Source of the DNA: Hyphomicrobiales bacterium
Lineage (GTDB): Bacteria > Pseudomonadota > Alphaproteobacteria > Rhizobiales > JAJFHC01
NCBI GenBank assembly: GCA_965198845.1
Contig: CBDAQD010000001.1
Coordinates: 742,742-806,741, forward strand
Reading direction: 5' to 3'
DNA: 64,000 nt
Shown here: positions 47,631 through 59,490 of the stretch, piece after piece
Numbering within the stretch: the first letter of the stretch is position 1
How the letters are laid out: every line of letters begins with the position of its first letter
Position numbers and translations under genes: made by a program
Notes under the pieces: model-generated
Seen by the model: the letters and a program-made list of their open reading frames with translations, nothing else
Database searches by the model: none
What the model was told of the DNA's origin: nothing

Positions 47631-47740
47631 CGGTCCGGTTGTCGGAATTTGCCCACAAGCGTCGGAAATCTGGCCGAGGCTGACGGTAAAGTCGTTATTT
47701 TGAGCGCCAACCAGAAGGCTTCCCCAGGGAGGGTTCAGCG

Positions 47741-50176
47741 ATGAAAACCCAAGCACGCGCAGTGGTGATCGGTGGTGGCGTCGTCGGCGTCGGCACGCTC
47801 TATCATCTTGTCAAAAAGGGCTGGTCCGACGTCGTTCTGATCGAACGCAAGGAACTGACATCCGGGTCGACGTGGCATGCAGCCGGTCTGCTGCCGCTGT
47901 TCAACATGAGCTACAGTGTTGGTCAGATTCACAAGTACTCGGTCGCGCTTTACGGGAAGCTTGAAGAAGAGACCGGCCTGAACGTCGGCCTCAAGACCGT
48001 TTCCAACATCCGGCTCGCCAATACGCCCGACCGCATGGACGAGTACAAGTACTATGCCGGTGTCGCCAAGACGATTGGCGTTGACGTCCGGTTCCTCACG
48101 CCTGACGAGGTCAAGGAAATCTGGCCGCTGTGCAACACGGAAGGCCTGCTCGGTGCGATCCAGCATCCCGAAGACGGCTATGTGCAGCCGGCGGACCTGA
48201 CCCAGGCCTTCGCCAAGGGTGCGCGTGACGGCGGGGCGGAGATCTACCGCAATACGGCCGTCATCGGCATCGAGCAGAAGCCCAATCTCGAGTGGGTGGT
48301 GAAGACCGACAAGGGCGAGATCACCTGCGAGCATGTTGTTTCCGCGACTGGCAACTTCGTACGCCAGACCGGCCAGATGGTCGGTCTCGACATTCCGGTC
48401 ATTCCGGTCGAGCACCAGTATATCGTGACCGAGCCGCATCCCGAGATCGTGGAACGCCACGCCCAAGGGTTGCCGGAGATGGGTGTTCTGCGCGAATCCG
48501 ATGCGTCCTACTACATGCGCGAGGAGAACCGCGGCCTGCTGCTGGGCCCCTATGAGGTCGGCGCGCCGTGCTGTTACGTCGACAGTCCGAGCGCGGACTC
48601 CGAATACGAGCTGTTCCAGGAAGACCTTGACCGTCTGGAGCCGCATATCGAGGCGGCGATCAACCGTGTGCCCGCGTTCGGCGAGGCCGGCATCAAGCAG
48701 GTTTACAACGGCGCGATCTGTTATACGCCGGACGGTTCGCCGATCATCGGTCCGGCCTGGGATCTGAAGAACTTCTGGCTCAACGAAGGGCACAGCTTTG
48801 GCGTGACGGCCGCCGGCGGCGCGGGCTGGCAGCTTGCCGAGTGGATTGTCGAGGGCGAGTCGACCATCGACATGATGGGCGTGGACCCCCGGCGTTTCGG
48901 GCCGTATGCCTCGCGCGGCTACCTCAGGACCAAGAACGAGGAAGCCTACGCCAACGTATTCACGGTTCACTACCCCGATGAAGAGCGTCACGCCGCGCGG
49001 CCGCTCAGGCGCACGCCGTGCTACGACCGCATGAAGGACCGGGGTGCCGTATTCGGCCATGTCTACGGCTGGGAGCGTCCCAACTGGTTTGCGCCGGAAG
49101 GTGTCGAGCCCAAGGACGTCTGGAGCTTCCGCCGCTCGAACTATTTCGAGCATGTCGGCAACGAGTGCCGCCACGTGCACGAAAAGGTTGGCCTGCTCGA
49201 TATGTCGGCGTTCTCCAAATTCTCCGTAACCGGACCGGGTGCGGAAAGCTGGCTCGATGGGCTGGTGGCCAACCGTATTCCGAAGAGCCCGGGCCGGCTC
49301 AACCTGTGCCACATGCTGACCCAGAACGGCGGCGTGCGGTCGGAATTCACGATCTATCGCGAGGGACCGCAGTCCTTCTATCTGGTATCGGCCGGTGCGT
49401 ATGAGCGCCACGACTTCGACTATCTGCTCAAGGCTCTGCCGGGTGACGGCAGCGTGCAATTGCAGAAAATCACGACCCAGATGGGCGTGCTTGTGCTTGC
49501 CGGACCGCGGTCGCGCGAACTGCTACAGAAGGTGACGGACACGGATCTCTCCAACGAGAACTTCAAGTGGCTGTCCGGTCAGTTCATCAATGTCGGTGTG
49601 GCCCAGGCCACCGCCATGCGGGTCAACTTCGTTGGCGAGCTTGGCTGGGAACTGCATCATCCGATCGAGATGCAGAACTATATCTTCGACCTGCTGATGG
49701 AAGCGGGCGAGGAATTCGAGCTCAAGCCGTTCGGCATCCGGGCCATGGACAGCCTGCGGCTGGAGAAGTCCTACCGTCTCATCCCGCGCGAGCTGTCGAT
49801 CGAGTATTCCGCATTCGAGTCGGGCCTCGACCGGTTCGTGCATCTCAACAAGGGTGAATTCATCGGCCGGGACGCCCTGACGGCGTGGCAGCAGCGCGGT
49901 TTCAAGAACGCTTTCGCGACCATGGAAGTACACGATGTGACCGACGCCGACGCGCGCGGCAACGAGGCGATCTATCGCGACGGCGAGCTGGTTGGTCGGG
50001 CCACGAGCGGTGGTTTCGGATGGCGGATCGGCAAGAGCCTGGCGCTGGCCATGGTGCCGCCGGACATGACCGAGCTTGGCACCGAGTTCGAGATCGAGAT
50101 CCTGGGCCAGCGGCACCGTGCGACGGTGATCGAGGAATCGCCTTTCGATCCGACCAACGAACGCCTGAGAGCCTAG
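47741..50176 (+). CDS. Dimethylglycine/sarcosine dehydrogenase family protein (FAD oxidoreductase fused to a GcvT-like folate-binding domain)
   Basis: 811 aa. FAD motif AVVIGGGVVGVGTLYHL and SGSTWHAAGL, plus a C-terminal aminomethyltransferase-like half. Confidence 0.88.
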   Translation: MKTQARAVVIGGGVVGVGTLYHLVKKGWSDVVLIERKELTSGSTWHAAGLLPLFNMSYSVGQIHKYSVALYGKLEEETGLNVGLKTVSNIRLANTPDRMDEYKYYAGVAKTIGVDVRFLTPDEVKEIWPLCNTEGLLGAIQHPEDGYVQPADLTQAFAKGARDGGAEIYRNTAVIGIEQKPNLEWVVKTDKGEITCEHVVSATGNFVRQTGQMVGLDIPVIPVEHQYIVTEPHPEIVERHAQGLPEMGVLRESDASYYMREENRGLLLGPYEVGAPCCYVDSPSADSEYELFQEDLDRLEPHIEAAINRVPAFGEAGIKQVYNGAICYTPDGSPIIGPAWDLKNFWLNEGHSFGVTAAGGAGWQLAEWIVEGESTIDMMGVDPRRFGPYASRGYLRTKNEEAYANVFTVHYPDEERHAARPLRRTPCYDRMKDRGAVFGHVYGWERPNWFAPEGVEPKDVWSFRRSNYFEHVGNECRHVHEKVGLLDMSAFSKFSVTGPGAESWLDGLVANRIPKSPGRLNLCHMLTQNGGVRSEFTIYREGPQSFYLVSAGAYERHDFDYLLKALPGDGSVQLQKITTQMGVLVLAGPRSRELLQKVTDTDLSNENFKWLSGQFINVGVAQATAMRVNFVGELGWELHHPIEMQNYIFDLLMEAGEEFELKPFGIRAMDSLRLEKSYRLIPRELSIEYSAFESGLDRFVHLNKGEFIGRDALTAWQQRGFKNAFATMEVHDVTDADARGNEAIYRDGELVGRATSGGFGWRIGKSLALAMVPPDMTELGTEFEIEILGQRHRATVIEESPFDPTNERLRA

Positions 50177-50179
50177 CGT

Positions 50180-50698
50180 CTAGGCCGACGCAATTGCCCT
50201 GACGCGAGCGGCATCGATCCGGGTCGGACTGTGGTCCGGCCCGAACGGCTGCTTGAACGTGAAGCAATGGGCGCTCGAGCCGTTGTCGTGGAGGTGTTCG
50301 TGCCGTCGCACCGCATCGGCCCATTGCGGCGTTTCTTCGTCGTCTACCCACCATGCGGCATAGGGTGGCCACGCGGGCTCGTCGAACCATTCGCGGGCAT
50401 GCCGCATCGCCTCGGCGTGGAGGCCGTGATAGGCGAAGGCCATCGCCGATTCCATATCGACCCAGAGTGAAAGCGTGGACGGCGACCACTCGTCGCCCTT
50501 CTCGACATAGAATCTTGGAAAGACCTGCGTGCCCCAGCTTTCCGGTCCCGGTTCGTCCTCGTAGCCCGAACGGGCGATGAGACCAGGACTGCGATCGACC
50601 AGTTCGAGGAGCGGGTCGTTGCGGTCGTGGAACCCCTGATTGACCGGATCGTCGGCGGGCAGCCGGAAAACGCCGAACGTGTAGAGGGCGAGCCTCAT
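50180..50698 (-). CDS. DUF3291-like protein
   Basis: 172 aa (MRLALYTFGVFRLPADDPVNQGFHDRNDPL...). Start at the ATG at 50698. The longer tracked ORF overlaps fhs and is rejected. Confidence 0.55.
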   Translation of the reverse strand: MRLALYTFGVFRLPADDPVNQGFHDRNDPLLELVDRSPGLIARSGYEDEPGPESWGTQVFPRFYVEKGDEWSPSTLSLWVDMESAMAFAYHGLHAEAMRHAREWFDEPAWPPYAAWWVDDEETPQWADAVRRHEHLHDNGSSAHCFTFKQPFGPDHSPTRIDAARVRAIASA

Positions 50699-50721
50699 GA
50701 GATGCCTTTCCGGCCCCGCCG

Positions 50722-52404
50722 CTAGAACAGGCCGACGACGGCTCCGTCGTCGTCGACGCCGATGCCTTCCGCAGCCGGCTTCCTCGGCAGGCCTGGCATC
50801 GTCATGATGTCCCCGCAGATCGCGACAACGAATTCCGCCCCGGCCGAAAGCCTGATCTCGCGGACCGGCACGACATGGCCGGTCGGTGCGCCCTTGAGAT
50901 TCGGATCGGTCGAGAAACTGTACTGTGTCTTGGCCATGCAGACCGGGAAATTGCCATAGCCTGCGTCTTCGAACTGCTTGTACTGATCCCGCACCTTCTG
51001 GTCGGCGATGATGTCGTCGGCATGGTAGATGCTCTGGGCAATCCGGCGGGTCTTCTCCCACAGGCCCATGCCGTCCTCGTAGAGCGTCCTGAACTGGCTG
51101 TTGCCGCCTTCCGCGACCTCGACCACGGCGTGCGCCAGATCTTCGGTACCGGCGCCGCCATCGGCCCAATGCGTGCACATGTGAGCATCGACGCCGAAAT
51201 CGCGGCAGTAGATGCCGACTTCTTCAACTTCGGCGTCAGTGTCCGCGGAGAACCGGTTGACCGCCACGGTGACCGGTACACCAAACTGCCCGACATTGCG
51301 GATATGCCGCCCCAGATTGACGAGGCCGGCCTTGACCGCTTCGGTATCCTCGGCGTCCAGGTCTTCCCTGGCGACGCCACCGTGCATCTTCAGTGCGCGG
51401 ATGGTTGCCACGATGACGACCGCATCCGGTTTTAGGTCTGCCTTGCGGCATTTGATGTCGAAGAATTTCTCCGCGCCGAGATCAGCGCCGAATCCCGCTT
51501 CCGTGACGACATAGTCGGAGAGCTTGAGCGCCAGCCTTGTCGCCATGACCGAGTTGCAGCCGTGGGCGATATTGGCGAACGGACCGCCGTGGATGAAGGC
51601 CGGATTGTTCTCGAGCGTCTGGACGAGATTGGGCATGAGGGCGTCCCGGAGCAGGACGGTCATGGCGCCCGAAGCATTGAGGTCGCGCGCCGTCACCGGT
51701 TTCTTGTCCAGGCTGTAACCGACGACGATGTTGCCCAGCCGGCGTTCGAGGTCGGCAAGGTCCGTGGCAAGGCAAAGGATCGCCATGATCTCGGAGGCGA
51801 CCGTGATGTCGTAGCCGGTCTGACGCGGAAAGCCGTTCGCGACGCCTCCGAGCGATGCAACCAGATCCCTGAGTGCCCGATCGTTCATGTCGACGACACG
51901 ACGCCATGAAATCCGGCGCGCATCCAGCTTGAGCGCATTGCCCCAGTAAATGTGGTTGTCCAGCATGGCTGCCAGCAGGTTGTGCGCGGCTGAGATCGCA
52001 TGGAAGTCGCCCGTGAAGTGGAGATTGATGTCCTCCATGGGGACAACCTGGGCGTGACCGCCGCCTGCCGCGCCGCCCTTCATGCCAAAGCAGGGACCGA
52101 GGCTCGGCTCCCGGAGGCAAATCGCCGTATTCCGGCCGATCCTGTTGAGGGCGTCGCCCAGTCCGACGGTCGTTGTCGTCTTGCCTTCGCCGGCGGGAGT
52201 CGGTGTCATCGCCGTGACCAGGATGAGTTTGCCGTCGGGCCGGTCCTGCAATCCGGCAATGTAGTCCAGATCAACCTTGGCCTTGGTCCGCCCGTGAGGC
52301 ACCACCGCATCTTCAGGAACGCCGAGTTTTGCGCCGATCTGTGCAATCGGCAGCATCTTGGCGGCGCGGGCGATTTCGATATCGCTTTTTTGCGTTTCGG
52401 ACAT
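50722..52404 (-). CDS. fhs: Formate--tetrahydrofolate ligase
   Basis: 560 aa. P-loop [16 protein letters not shown] and conserved FTGDFHAI and GGAAGGG blocks. Confidence 0.96.
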   Translation of the reverse strand: MSETQKSDIEIARAAKMLPIAQIGAKLGVPEDAVVPHGRTKAKVDLDYIAGLQDRPDGKLILVTAMTPTPAGEGKTTTTVGLGDALNRIGRNTAICLREPSLGPCFGMKGGAAGGGHAQVVPMEDINLHFTGDFHAISAAHNLLAAMLDNHIYWGNALKLDARRISWRRVVDMNDRALRDLVASLGGVANGFPRQTGYDITVASEIMAILCLATDLADLERRLGNIVVGYSLDKKPVTARDLNASGAMTVLLRDALMPNLVQTLENNPAFIHGGPFANIAHGCNSVMATRLALKLSDYVVTEAGFGADLGAEKFFDIKCRKADLKPDAVVIVATIRALKMHGGVAREDLDAEDTEAVKAGLVNLGRHIRNVGQFGVPVTVAVNRFSADTDAEVEEVGIYCRDFGVDAHMCTHWADGGAGTEDLAHAVVEVAEGGNSQFRTLYEDGMGLWEKTRRIAQSIYHADDIIADQKVRDQYKQFEDAGYGNFPVCMAKTQYSFSTDPNLKGAPTGHVVPVREIRLSAGAEFVVAICGDIMTMPGLPRKPAAEGIGVDDDGAVVGLF

Positions 52405-52524
52405 ACCCTGATCCCCAATTAATGCGTGTTCATGGCAATTTGATCCAACCAGGCCCGTCTCACGGCGCCGGAACCGACATCTTGACCCCGGAACCGACCG
52501 ATTCCGCCGACCCGGCGGTTCCGG

Positions 52525-52956
52525 TTATCCGGCGTCGGCAATGTATCCCGCGGATTCGATGCCGGCGATGGCGCAGGCCTCGTCATTGTCGGACGTATCC
52601 CCCGTAATACCGACAGCGCCGATGACCGCGCCTGCTTTTGACCGGATCAGCACGCCGCCGGGCACCGGCACCAGTGAGCCGCCGGCCAGAGCGTTGATTG
52701 CGGTTGCAAAATTCGGACGCTCGTCCGCGGCCTTGTTGATCGCCCGGGACCCCATCCCCATGGCCAGAGCGCCAAAAGCCTTGCCGTGGGCAATCTGCGG
52801 CCGCAGGATGCTAGTGCCATCCTGCGCAACAAATGCCTTGAGATGCCCGCCTGCATCCAGAACGGCCACGGCAATCGGGTTCATGCCGAGTTCGCCCGCT
52901 TTTTTCTGCGCGGTTCTGATGATCGCGTTTGCCTTTGACAATCGAATTGTAGTCAT
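52525..52956 (-). CDS. GlcG/HbpS-like (DUF336) heme-binding protein
   Basis: 143 aa. PGGVLIRSKAGAVIGAVGITGDTSDNDEACA motif. Confidence 0.8.
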   Translation of the reverse strand: MTTIRLSKANAIIRTAQKKAGELGMNPIAVAVLDAGGHLKAFVAQDGTSILRPQIAHGKAFGALAMGMGSRAINKAADERPNFATAINALAGGSLVPVPGGVLIRSKAGAVIGAVGITGDTSDNDEACAIAGIESAGYIADAG

Positions 52957-53126
52957 GGTGTGTTCCCGATGAATTCATTTGATCCCGTTTGCGTCCGGCC
53001 GGACTTCCCGGCTATTCAAGGTCGCGGCGCCGTTCTGGCGCAGGCCCGGCCAACGGTCAAGGTCATTAGCACGCGGAAGCATCTCGATCCTGCCTGTTCC
53101 GCGGCTCACTGGAGAGGAAATCGGTA

Positions 53127-54722
53127 ATGCGCAGTTTTCATCTACCGGGGCGATCGACCGTCCATGCGAGAAACGGCATGTGCGCCACCTCGCATCCGCT
53201 TGCATCGCTGCACGCGGTGAATGTGCTCCGCGAGGGAGGCAACGCGGTGGACGCGGCGGTTACGGCGGCAGCCGTGCTGTGTGTCGTTGAACCGCATATG
53301 ACGGGCATAGGCGGCGACTGTTTTGCGCTTGTTGCCAAGGACGACGGCACCGTTTCCGGTCTGGACGCGTCAGGGCGCGCGGCGATGTCATCCGATGAAG
53401 ACTGGCTGAGATCCTCGGGCCTTGCGGATATCGCGTCGGACAGCATTCACGCGGTAACCGTGCCGGGCGCTCTCGACGGCTGGAACCGTCTGCTCGAAGA
53501 GCACGGAACCATGGATCTCGCCGCGGTTTTCGCCCCCGCAATCAAGCTTGCAGAGGAAGGATATGTGGTCGCGCCGCGCGTCGCACAGGATTGGGCCGGC
53601 AAGGTCGCCCTGCTGTCGCGCGACGAAGGTGCGAGCACGCATTACCTGATTGACGGCCGGGCACCGCGTGCAGGAGACATTCACTCGGCTCCGGCTCTTG
53701 CCAGGACCTTGCGGCTGATCGGTGAACAGGGTGTCGGTGCATTCTACGAGGGTGAGATTGCCGAAGACATTGTCGCCTGTGTGAAGGCAAAGGGCAGCAA
53801 TCTCGAGCTCAGCGACTTTGCGCGCGTCGAGGCGACCTGGGTCGATCCGATTTCAACACCTTATGGCGAGTTCGATATCCTCGAGATGCCGCCAGCCGGG
53901 CAGGGCATCACAGCGCTGTTGCTGTTCAACATTCTGAAACAGTTCGACCTCTCCGCCATGGACCCCGGCGGTCCGGAAAGGTTTCACATCGAAATGGAGG
54001 CAACCCGCCTCGCTTACAATGTGCGTGACCGTTATCTTGCCGACCCGACCAGGGTCGACGTGCCGGCGGACTTCATGATGTCGGAAGATCTGGCGCGAAG
54101 CCTGGCCGGTGAAATCGATCCGGGCCGGCGGATGGCGGACTTCGATGCCGCGGTCGGCAAGCACCATTCAGACACGGTTTACCTGACGGTTGTCGACAAG
54201 GACCGGACCGCGGTGTCTTTCATCAATTCACTGTATGGCGGCTTCGGTGTCGGAATTGCCACGCCCAAGTCCGGGGTAATGCTGCATAACCGTGGCGCCT
54301 GTTTCGTAGCCGAGGCCGGTCATCCGAACTGCATCGGTCCTGACAAGCGGCCGCTGCATACGATCATTCCGGCGATGCTGGCGAAGGGCGGCGTGGCCGT
54401 CATGCCCTTCGGTGTGATGGGTGGTGCCTATCAGGCAACCGGCCATGCACACGTCATCAGCAATATCGTCGACTACGGAATGGACGTTCAGGAGGCGCTT
54501 GATTTTCCCCGAGCCTTCTATGAAGCGGACGGCACGGACCGTCTGACCGTGGAGGAGGGCGTCGACCCGGCGACCGTTGCCGGCTTGCGCGAGCGGGAAC
54601 ATCCGGTGTTCCTGCGCGAGGAACCGCTCGGCGGCGGACAGGCGATCATGATTGATCGTGATGCCGGGACCCTTACGGGCGGTTCCGATCCGCGCAAAGA
54701 CGGTCTCGCGCTCGGATACTAG
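53127..54722 (+). CDS. ggt: Gamma-glutamyltransferase family protein
   Basis: 531 aa. N-terminal GGNAVDAAV block and autoprocessing-site region HSDTVYLTVVD. Confidence 0.9.
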   Translation: MRSFHLPGRSTVHARNGMCATSHPLASLHAVNVLREGGNAVDAAVTAAAVLCVVEPHMTGIGGDCFALVAKDDGTVSGLDASGRAAMSSDEDWLRSSGLADIASDSIHAVTVPGALDGWNRLLEEHGTMDLAAVFAPAIKLAEEGYVVAPRVAQDWAGKVALLSRDEGASTHYLIDGRAPRAGDIHSAPALARTLRLIGEQGVGAFYEGEIAEDIVACVKAKGSNLELSDFARVEATWVDPISTPYGEFDILEMPPAGQGITALLLFNILKQFDLSAMDPGGPERFHIEMEATRLAYNVRDRYLADPTRVDVPADFMMSEDLARSLAGEIDPGRRMADFDAAVGKHHSDTVYLTVVDKDRTAVSFINSLYGGFGVGIATPKSGVMLHNRGACFVAEAGHPNCIGPDKRPLHTIIPAMLAKGGVAVMPFGVMGGAYQATGHAHVISNIVDYGMDVQEALDFPRAFYEADGTDRLTVEEGVDPATVAGLREREHPVFLREEPLGGGQAIMIDRDAGTLTGGSDPRKDGLALGY

Positions 54723-54757
54723 TCAGGGACGAACAGGGATAAACGGGCTCCGGACCG

Positions 54758-55108
54758 CTAGACGGTGACTGGCTTGACACGTGAAGACAGTGCTGCTCGC
54801 GCACTTTTCTTCAGCGCGGCCGCTTGCGCATAACGACGCAACGGCTCTTCCGGAAACCTGCGGGCTACGCGGGGCCCCGAGTGGCGCGCACTGTTCTGCG
54901 CGAGAAGTTGGGTCAGAAAAGCCGCCGATCTGCTGATACTCACGTTGTGCTTCGGCTTGTGCGATGTTCTCGCAGAGGCAATTACGGGAAGCTGCGCGGT
55001 GGCAGAATCGCGGGACGATGACGACGCCGACACGTCGGGCCGGGATTGTTCCGGTCCGAGCCTGCGGGAAGGAGAAACCTTCTCGATCCGGCCATTTGAT
55101 ACGCGCAT
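54758..55108 (-). CDS. Candidate small hypothetical protein (116 aa), weak call
   Basis: Part of tracked ORF 54758-55192. An internal ATG at 55108 has GAGG 5 nt upstream, and codon usage in its middle looks coding. It would fill most of an otherwise 660-bp gap. No family recognised. Confidence 0.25.
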   Translation of the reverse strand: MRVSNGRIEKVSPSRRLGPEQSRPDVSASSSSRDSATAQLPVIASARTSHKPKHNVSISRSAAFLTQLLAQNSARHSGPRVARRFPEEPLRRYAQAAALKKSARAALSSRVKPVTV

Positions 55109-55382
55109 CGCTGCCTCGTGTGCGATTCTGGGACACCTTGGTAATAGAGTCGCAAGAATGCTGCCAGCGCAAATTAACGCTTTGTTAACCAATGGCGTTG
55201 CGTTCGGAGGTCCTCGAATGCGATTGCGGATGCGTCTTTCGATTTCCCCATGTTTGATCTCCGTTTTGGCGCTTTCTTAAGACTTGTCCGATAGTTTGCT
55301 GCGAGTCGGTCGATGACGCTGCGCTCGGGGCAATGACATCTGGCCGATCCGGCGGAAGTCCGGGGAAGTTGGGGAGGACGGT

Positions 55383-57230
55383 TTGGAACAGCATTCCGAA
55401 AATCGACGGATTGGTGATCAAGTGGACGAGCTACCGGATGAGTCTCCGCGGCTTGTGGTGACCCGGCGCCAGGATCCGCAACTGGTCGCGGCTCAAGAAA
55501 ACTCAGATCTGAGTTCGCAGTCCGGTGCTGCGCCCTTGGGTTGGGATTCCGTCAGTTCCGTGCTGGATGCCGTCGGTCAGGCTGCCTACGAATGGACGCT
55601 CCAGGATGATGCCATGCGATGGAGCGGCAATGTGAACACCGTGCTGGGTGTTACCGATCCGGCCGCAGTGGCGACCGGCCGCGGCTTTGCGACTTTCCTC
55701 GACCCTGACAATCTCACCAGCCCGTACGATACGGTTTTCAACGGCATCCAGTCGGATTCCGGGAACGGGGTCCCGTTTCAGATCGAATACAAGTTCCGGC
55801 CGCTCGGGCGCTCACAGGAACTGGAGTACTGTCTGGAAGACAGCGGCCGATGGTTCGCTTCCGGTGACGGCACGCCGGATCGCGTGCTTGGTGTTGTACG
55901 CCGTGTCGACGAAAGGCATGCGAGGGACCAGGAGCTCCGTTTCCTCAGCAGTTACGATCCGCTCACGGGCAACATGAACCGCGCAAGGCTGGCTGAAGCG
56001 GTCGATCAGGCCATCGAAACCTGCGAGCGGCATCGTATGCCGTGCGCGTTCATTCTGGCGGCCATCGACAACCTTGCTCTGATCAACGACGCATACGGGT
56101 TCGACATCGCCGATGAGGCAATCGCCAAGGTCGCGGAACGCCTGCGCGGGCAATTGCGCGGCGGCGACTCCATGGGACGCTATGCGGGCAACAAGTTCGG
56201 CGTGTTGCTATCGAACTGCAGCGACCAGGACATGCATATTGCGGCGGAGCGGCTGCTGAAGAGCGTGCGTGACGCCGTTATCTCGACTTCGGCAGGACCT
56301 GTCGCGGCAACGATTTCACTCGGTGGCGTTGCGTTGCCACGCCATGCGCGGAATGCGAGCGAGGCCATGGTCAGGGCCGAGGAGGCGCTTAGCCAGGCCA
56401 AGGCGCGCTACAACAGTTCCTTTGTTCCGTATCAGCATTCCGGCAAGCGGGAGTCGGTCCGCAAGCGCAACATTCTCTATGCGGACGAAATCGTATCGGC
56501 GCTCAATGAACGGCGGCTCGCGATCGCGTACCAGCCGATCGTCGATGCCGCCACCGGTGCCGCCGATATCTACGAATGCCTTCTGAGGGTGGTCAAACCT
56601 GACGACGTCGTCATGTCCGCCGGGCCTCTTATCCCGGTTGCCGAACAGATCGGTCTGATCCGCCTGATCGACCACAGGGTTCTTGAACTGGTCTTCGAGA
56701 CCATGGCGGAAAGCCGGGACGTCACGTTCTCCCTGAACATTTCGGGCAAGACGGCAAATGACTCTGTTTGGCTGTCAAACCTTGCCGCTTTCATATCCGC
56801 AAATCGCAATATGGCGGAACATCTGATCGTGGAGATCACCGAGACCGTTGCGATTCACGACATCGAGGAGTCGCAGAAGTTTGTCCGTGCGATCCGCGAC
56901 CTGGGCTGCAAGGTGGCCATCGATGATTTCGGCGCCGGATATACGTCTTTCAGCAACCTCAAGCTGCTCGATGTCGATATCGTCAAGATCGACGGGTCAT
57001 TTGTCCGCGCGCTGGTCGACAATCCCGACGATCAGGTGTTCGTCAAAACCCTTGTCGAGCTGGCAAAGAACTTCGGTACGAAGGTCGTGGCGGAATGTGT
57101 CGAGGATGAAGCCAGCGCAAACCTGCTGCGCCAGTGGGGTGTTGACTACCTGCAGGGCTACCATTTCGGCGCCGCGGATCTCGGCAAGCCCTGGCTCGAA
57201 AACACTTCGGGTGAGGCAGAAGCCGTCTGA
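55383..57230 (+). CDS. PAS - degenerate GGDEF - EAL domain protein (probable c-di-GMP phosphodiesterase)
   Basis: 615 aa with a TTG start after GGAGGA. The GGDEF position reads AGNKF. EAL-domain motifs are present: YQPIV...YECLLR, NISG, EITE, DDFGAGYTS, KIDGSF, ECVE, QGY. Confidence 0.88.
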   Translation: MEQHSENRRIGDQVDELPDESPRLVVTRRQDPQLVAAQENSDLSSQSGAAPLGWDSVSSVLDAVGQAAYEWTLQDDAMRWSGNVNTVLGVTDPAAVATGRGFATFLDPDNLTSPYDTVFNGIQSDSGNGVPFQIEYKFRPLGRSQELEYCLEDSGRWFASGDGTPDRVLGVVRRVDERHARDQELRFLSSYDPLTGNMNRARLAEAVDQAIETCERHRMPCAFILAAIDNLALINDAYGFDIADEAIAKVAERLRGQLRGGDSMGRYAGNKFGVLLSNCSDQDMHIAAERLLKSVRDAVISTSAGPVAATISLGGVALPRHARNASEAMVRAEEALSQAKARYNSSFVPYQHSGKRESVRKRNILYADEIVSALNERRLAIAYQPIVDAATGAADIYECLLRVVKPDDVVMSAGPLIPVAEQIGLIRLIDHRVLELVFETMAESRDVTFSLNISGKTANDSVWLSNLAAFISANRNMAEHLIVEITETVAIHDIEESQKFVRAIRDLGCKVAIDDFGAGYTSFSNLKLLDVDIVKIDGSFVRALVDNPDDQVFVKTLVELAKNFGTKVVAECVEDEASANLLRQWGVDYLQGYHFGAADLGKPWLENTSGEAEAV

Positions 57231-57263
57231 CGGCGGTCCGGCGCAAGCAGCGCCCGCTTTCGG

Positions 57264-57860
57264 TCAGTCCTTCTTCGCGAGCGAATCCAGTTGGCGCTGC
57301 ATGGCTGACAATTGTTCGCGCAAGGCCTTCAGTTCATCGTCGCTTGATGCCTTCTCCGGCGCAGCACTGTCGGTGTCGCTTTCCTTGGTCGGCGACGTAC
57401 CCGAGAATGGCGAGAACATGCTCATGGCCTGCTCGAACATGGCCATATTCTGACGCACCTGCTCTTCCATCGCGCCAAAAGCGTTGCCACCGAAGGCTTC
57501 GGTCATCTGCCTGCGGAGCTTCTCCTGATCGCGGGTGAGGGATTCGATGCTGAACTCCAGGTAGCTCGGCACAAGGCCCTGCATACTGTCGCCGTAGAAC
57601 CGGATCAGTTGCCTGAGAAAGCGGATCGGGAGCAGGTTCTGGCCCTTGTTCTCTTCTTCGAAGATGATCTGGGTCAGTACCGAGCGGGTGATGTCTTCTC
57701 CGGTCTTGGCATCAAACACAGTGAAGTCGGTGCCCGATTTCACCATTTCCGCAAGATCCTCCAGCGTGACATAGGTGCTGGTCGAGGTGTTGTAGAGCCG
57801 CCTGTTCGCGTATTTCTTGATTGTGACCGGTTCGTCACCGGATTCTGTTTTATTCGACAA
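57264..57860 (-). CDS. phaR: Polyhydroxyalkanoate synthesis repressor PhaR
   Basis: IKKYANRRLYNTSTSTYVTLEDLAEMV and QIIFEEE motifs. Start proposed at the TTG preceded by GAGGGGGA; the tracked ORF extends to 57977. Confidence 0.88.
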   Translation of the reverse strand: MSNKTESGDEPVTIKKYANRRLYNTSTSTYVTLEDLAEMVKSGTDFTVFDAKTGEDITRSVLTQIIFEEENKGQNLLPIRFLRQLIRFYGDSMQGLVPSYLEFSIESLTRDQEKLRRQMTEAFGGNAFGAMEEQVRQNMAMFEQAMSMFSPFSGTSPTKESDTDSAAPEKASSDDELKALREQLSAMQRQLDSLAKKD

Positions 57861-57971
57861 GACTTCCCCCTCATGTGCCTGCGTTGCCGCGATCGATTGC
57901 GTTTCAGAATGCAGACCTGCAACGCGGGACCCGGGTTGAGTTTGCGATATTCTGTTCGTCCGGCGCGTTAA

Positions 57972-59402
<1,431 letters not shown>

Positions 59403-59490
59403 CGAATAACAAACATCATCATTCGGCCCGGCGCTCCGGGAGTGCTCCTCAGGGAATGCCGGGCCGGCCATAACACAAAAGGAATTTGAA

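Noticed and set aside
47735-49459. 574-aa minus-strand ORF
   Set aside because: It is antisense to the dimethylglycine-dehydrogenase-like gene. It is a shadow ORF with no recognisable domain.
50699-51178. 5' extension of the DUF3291-like ORF (tracked ORF 50180-51178, 332 aa)
   Set aside because: The extension overlaps the fhs 3' region out of frame and is R/G-rich. The internal ATG at 50698 gives a compact 172-aa protein.
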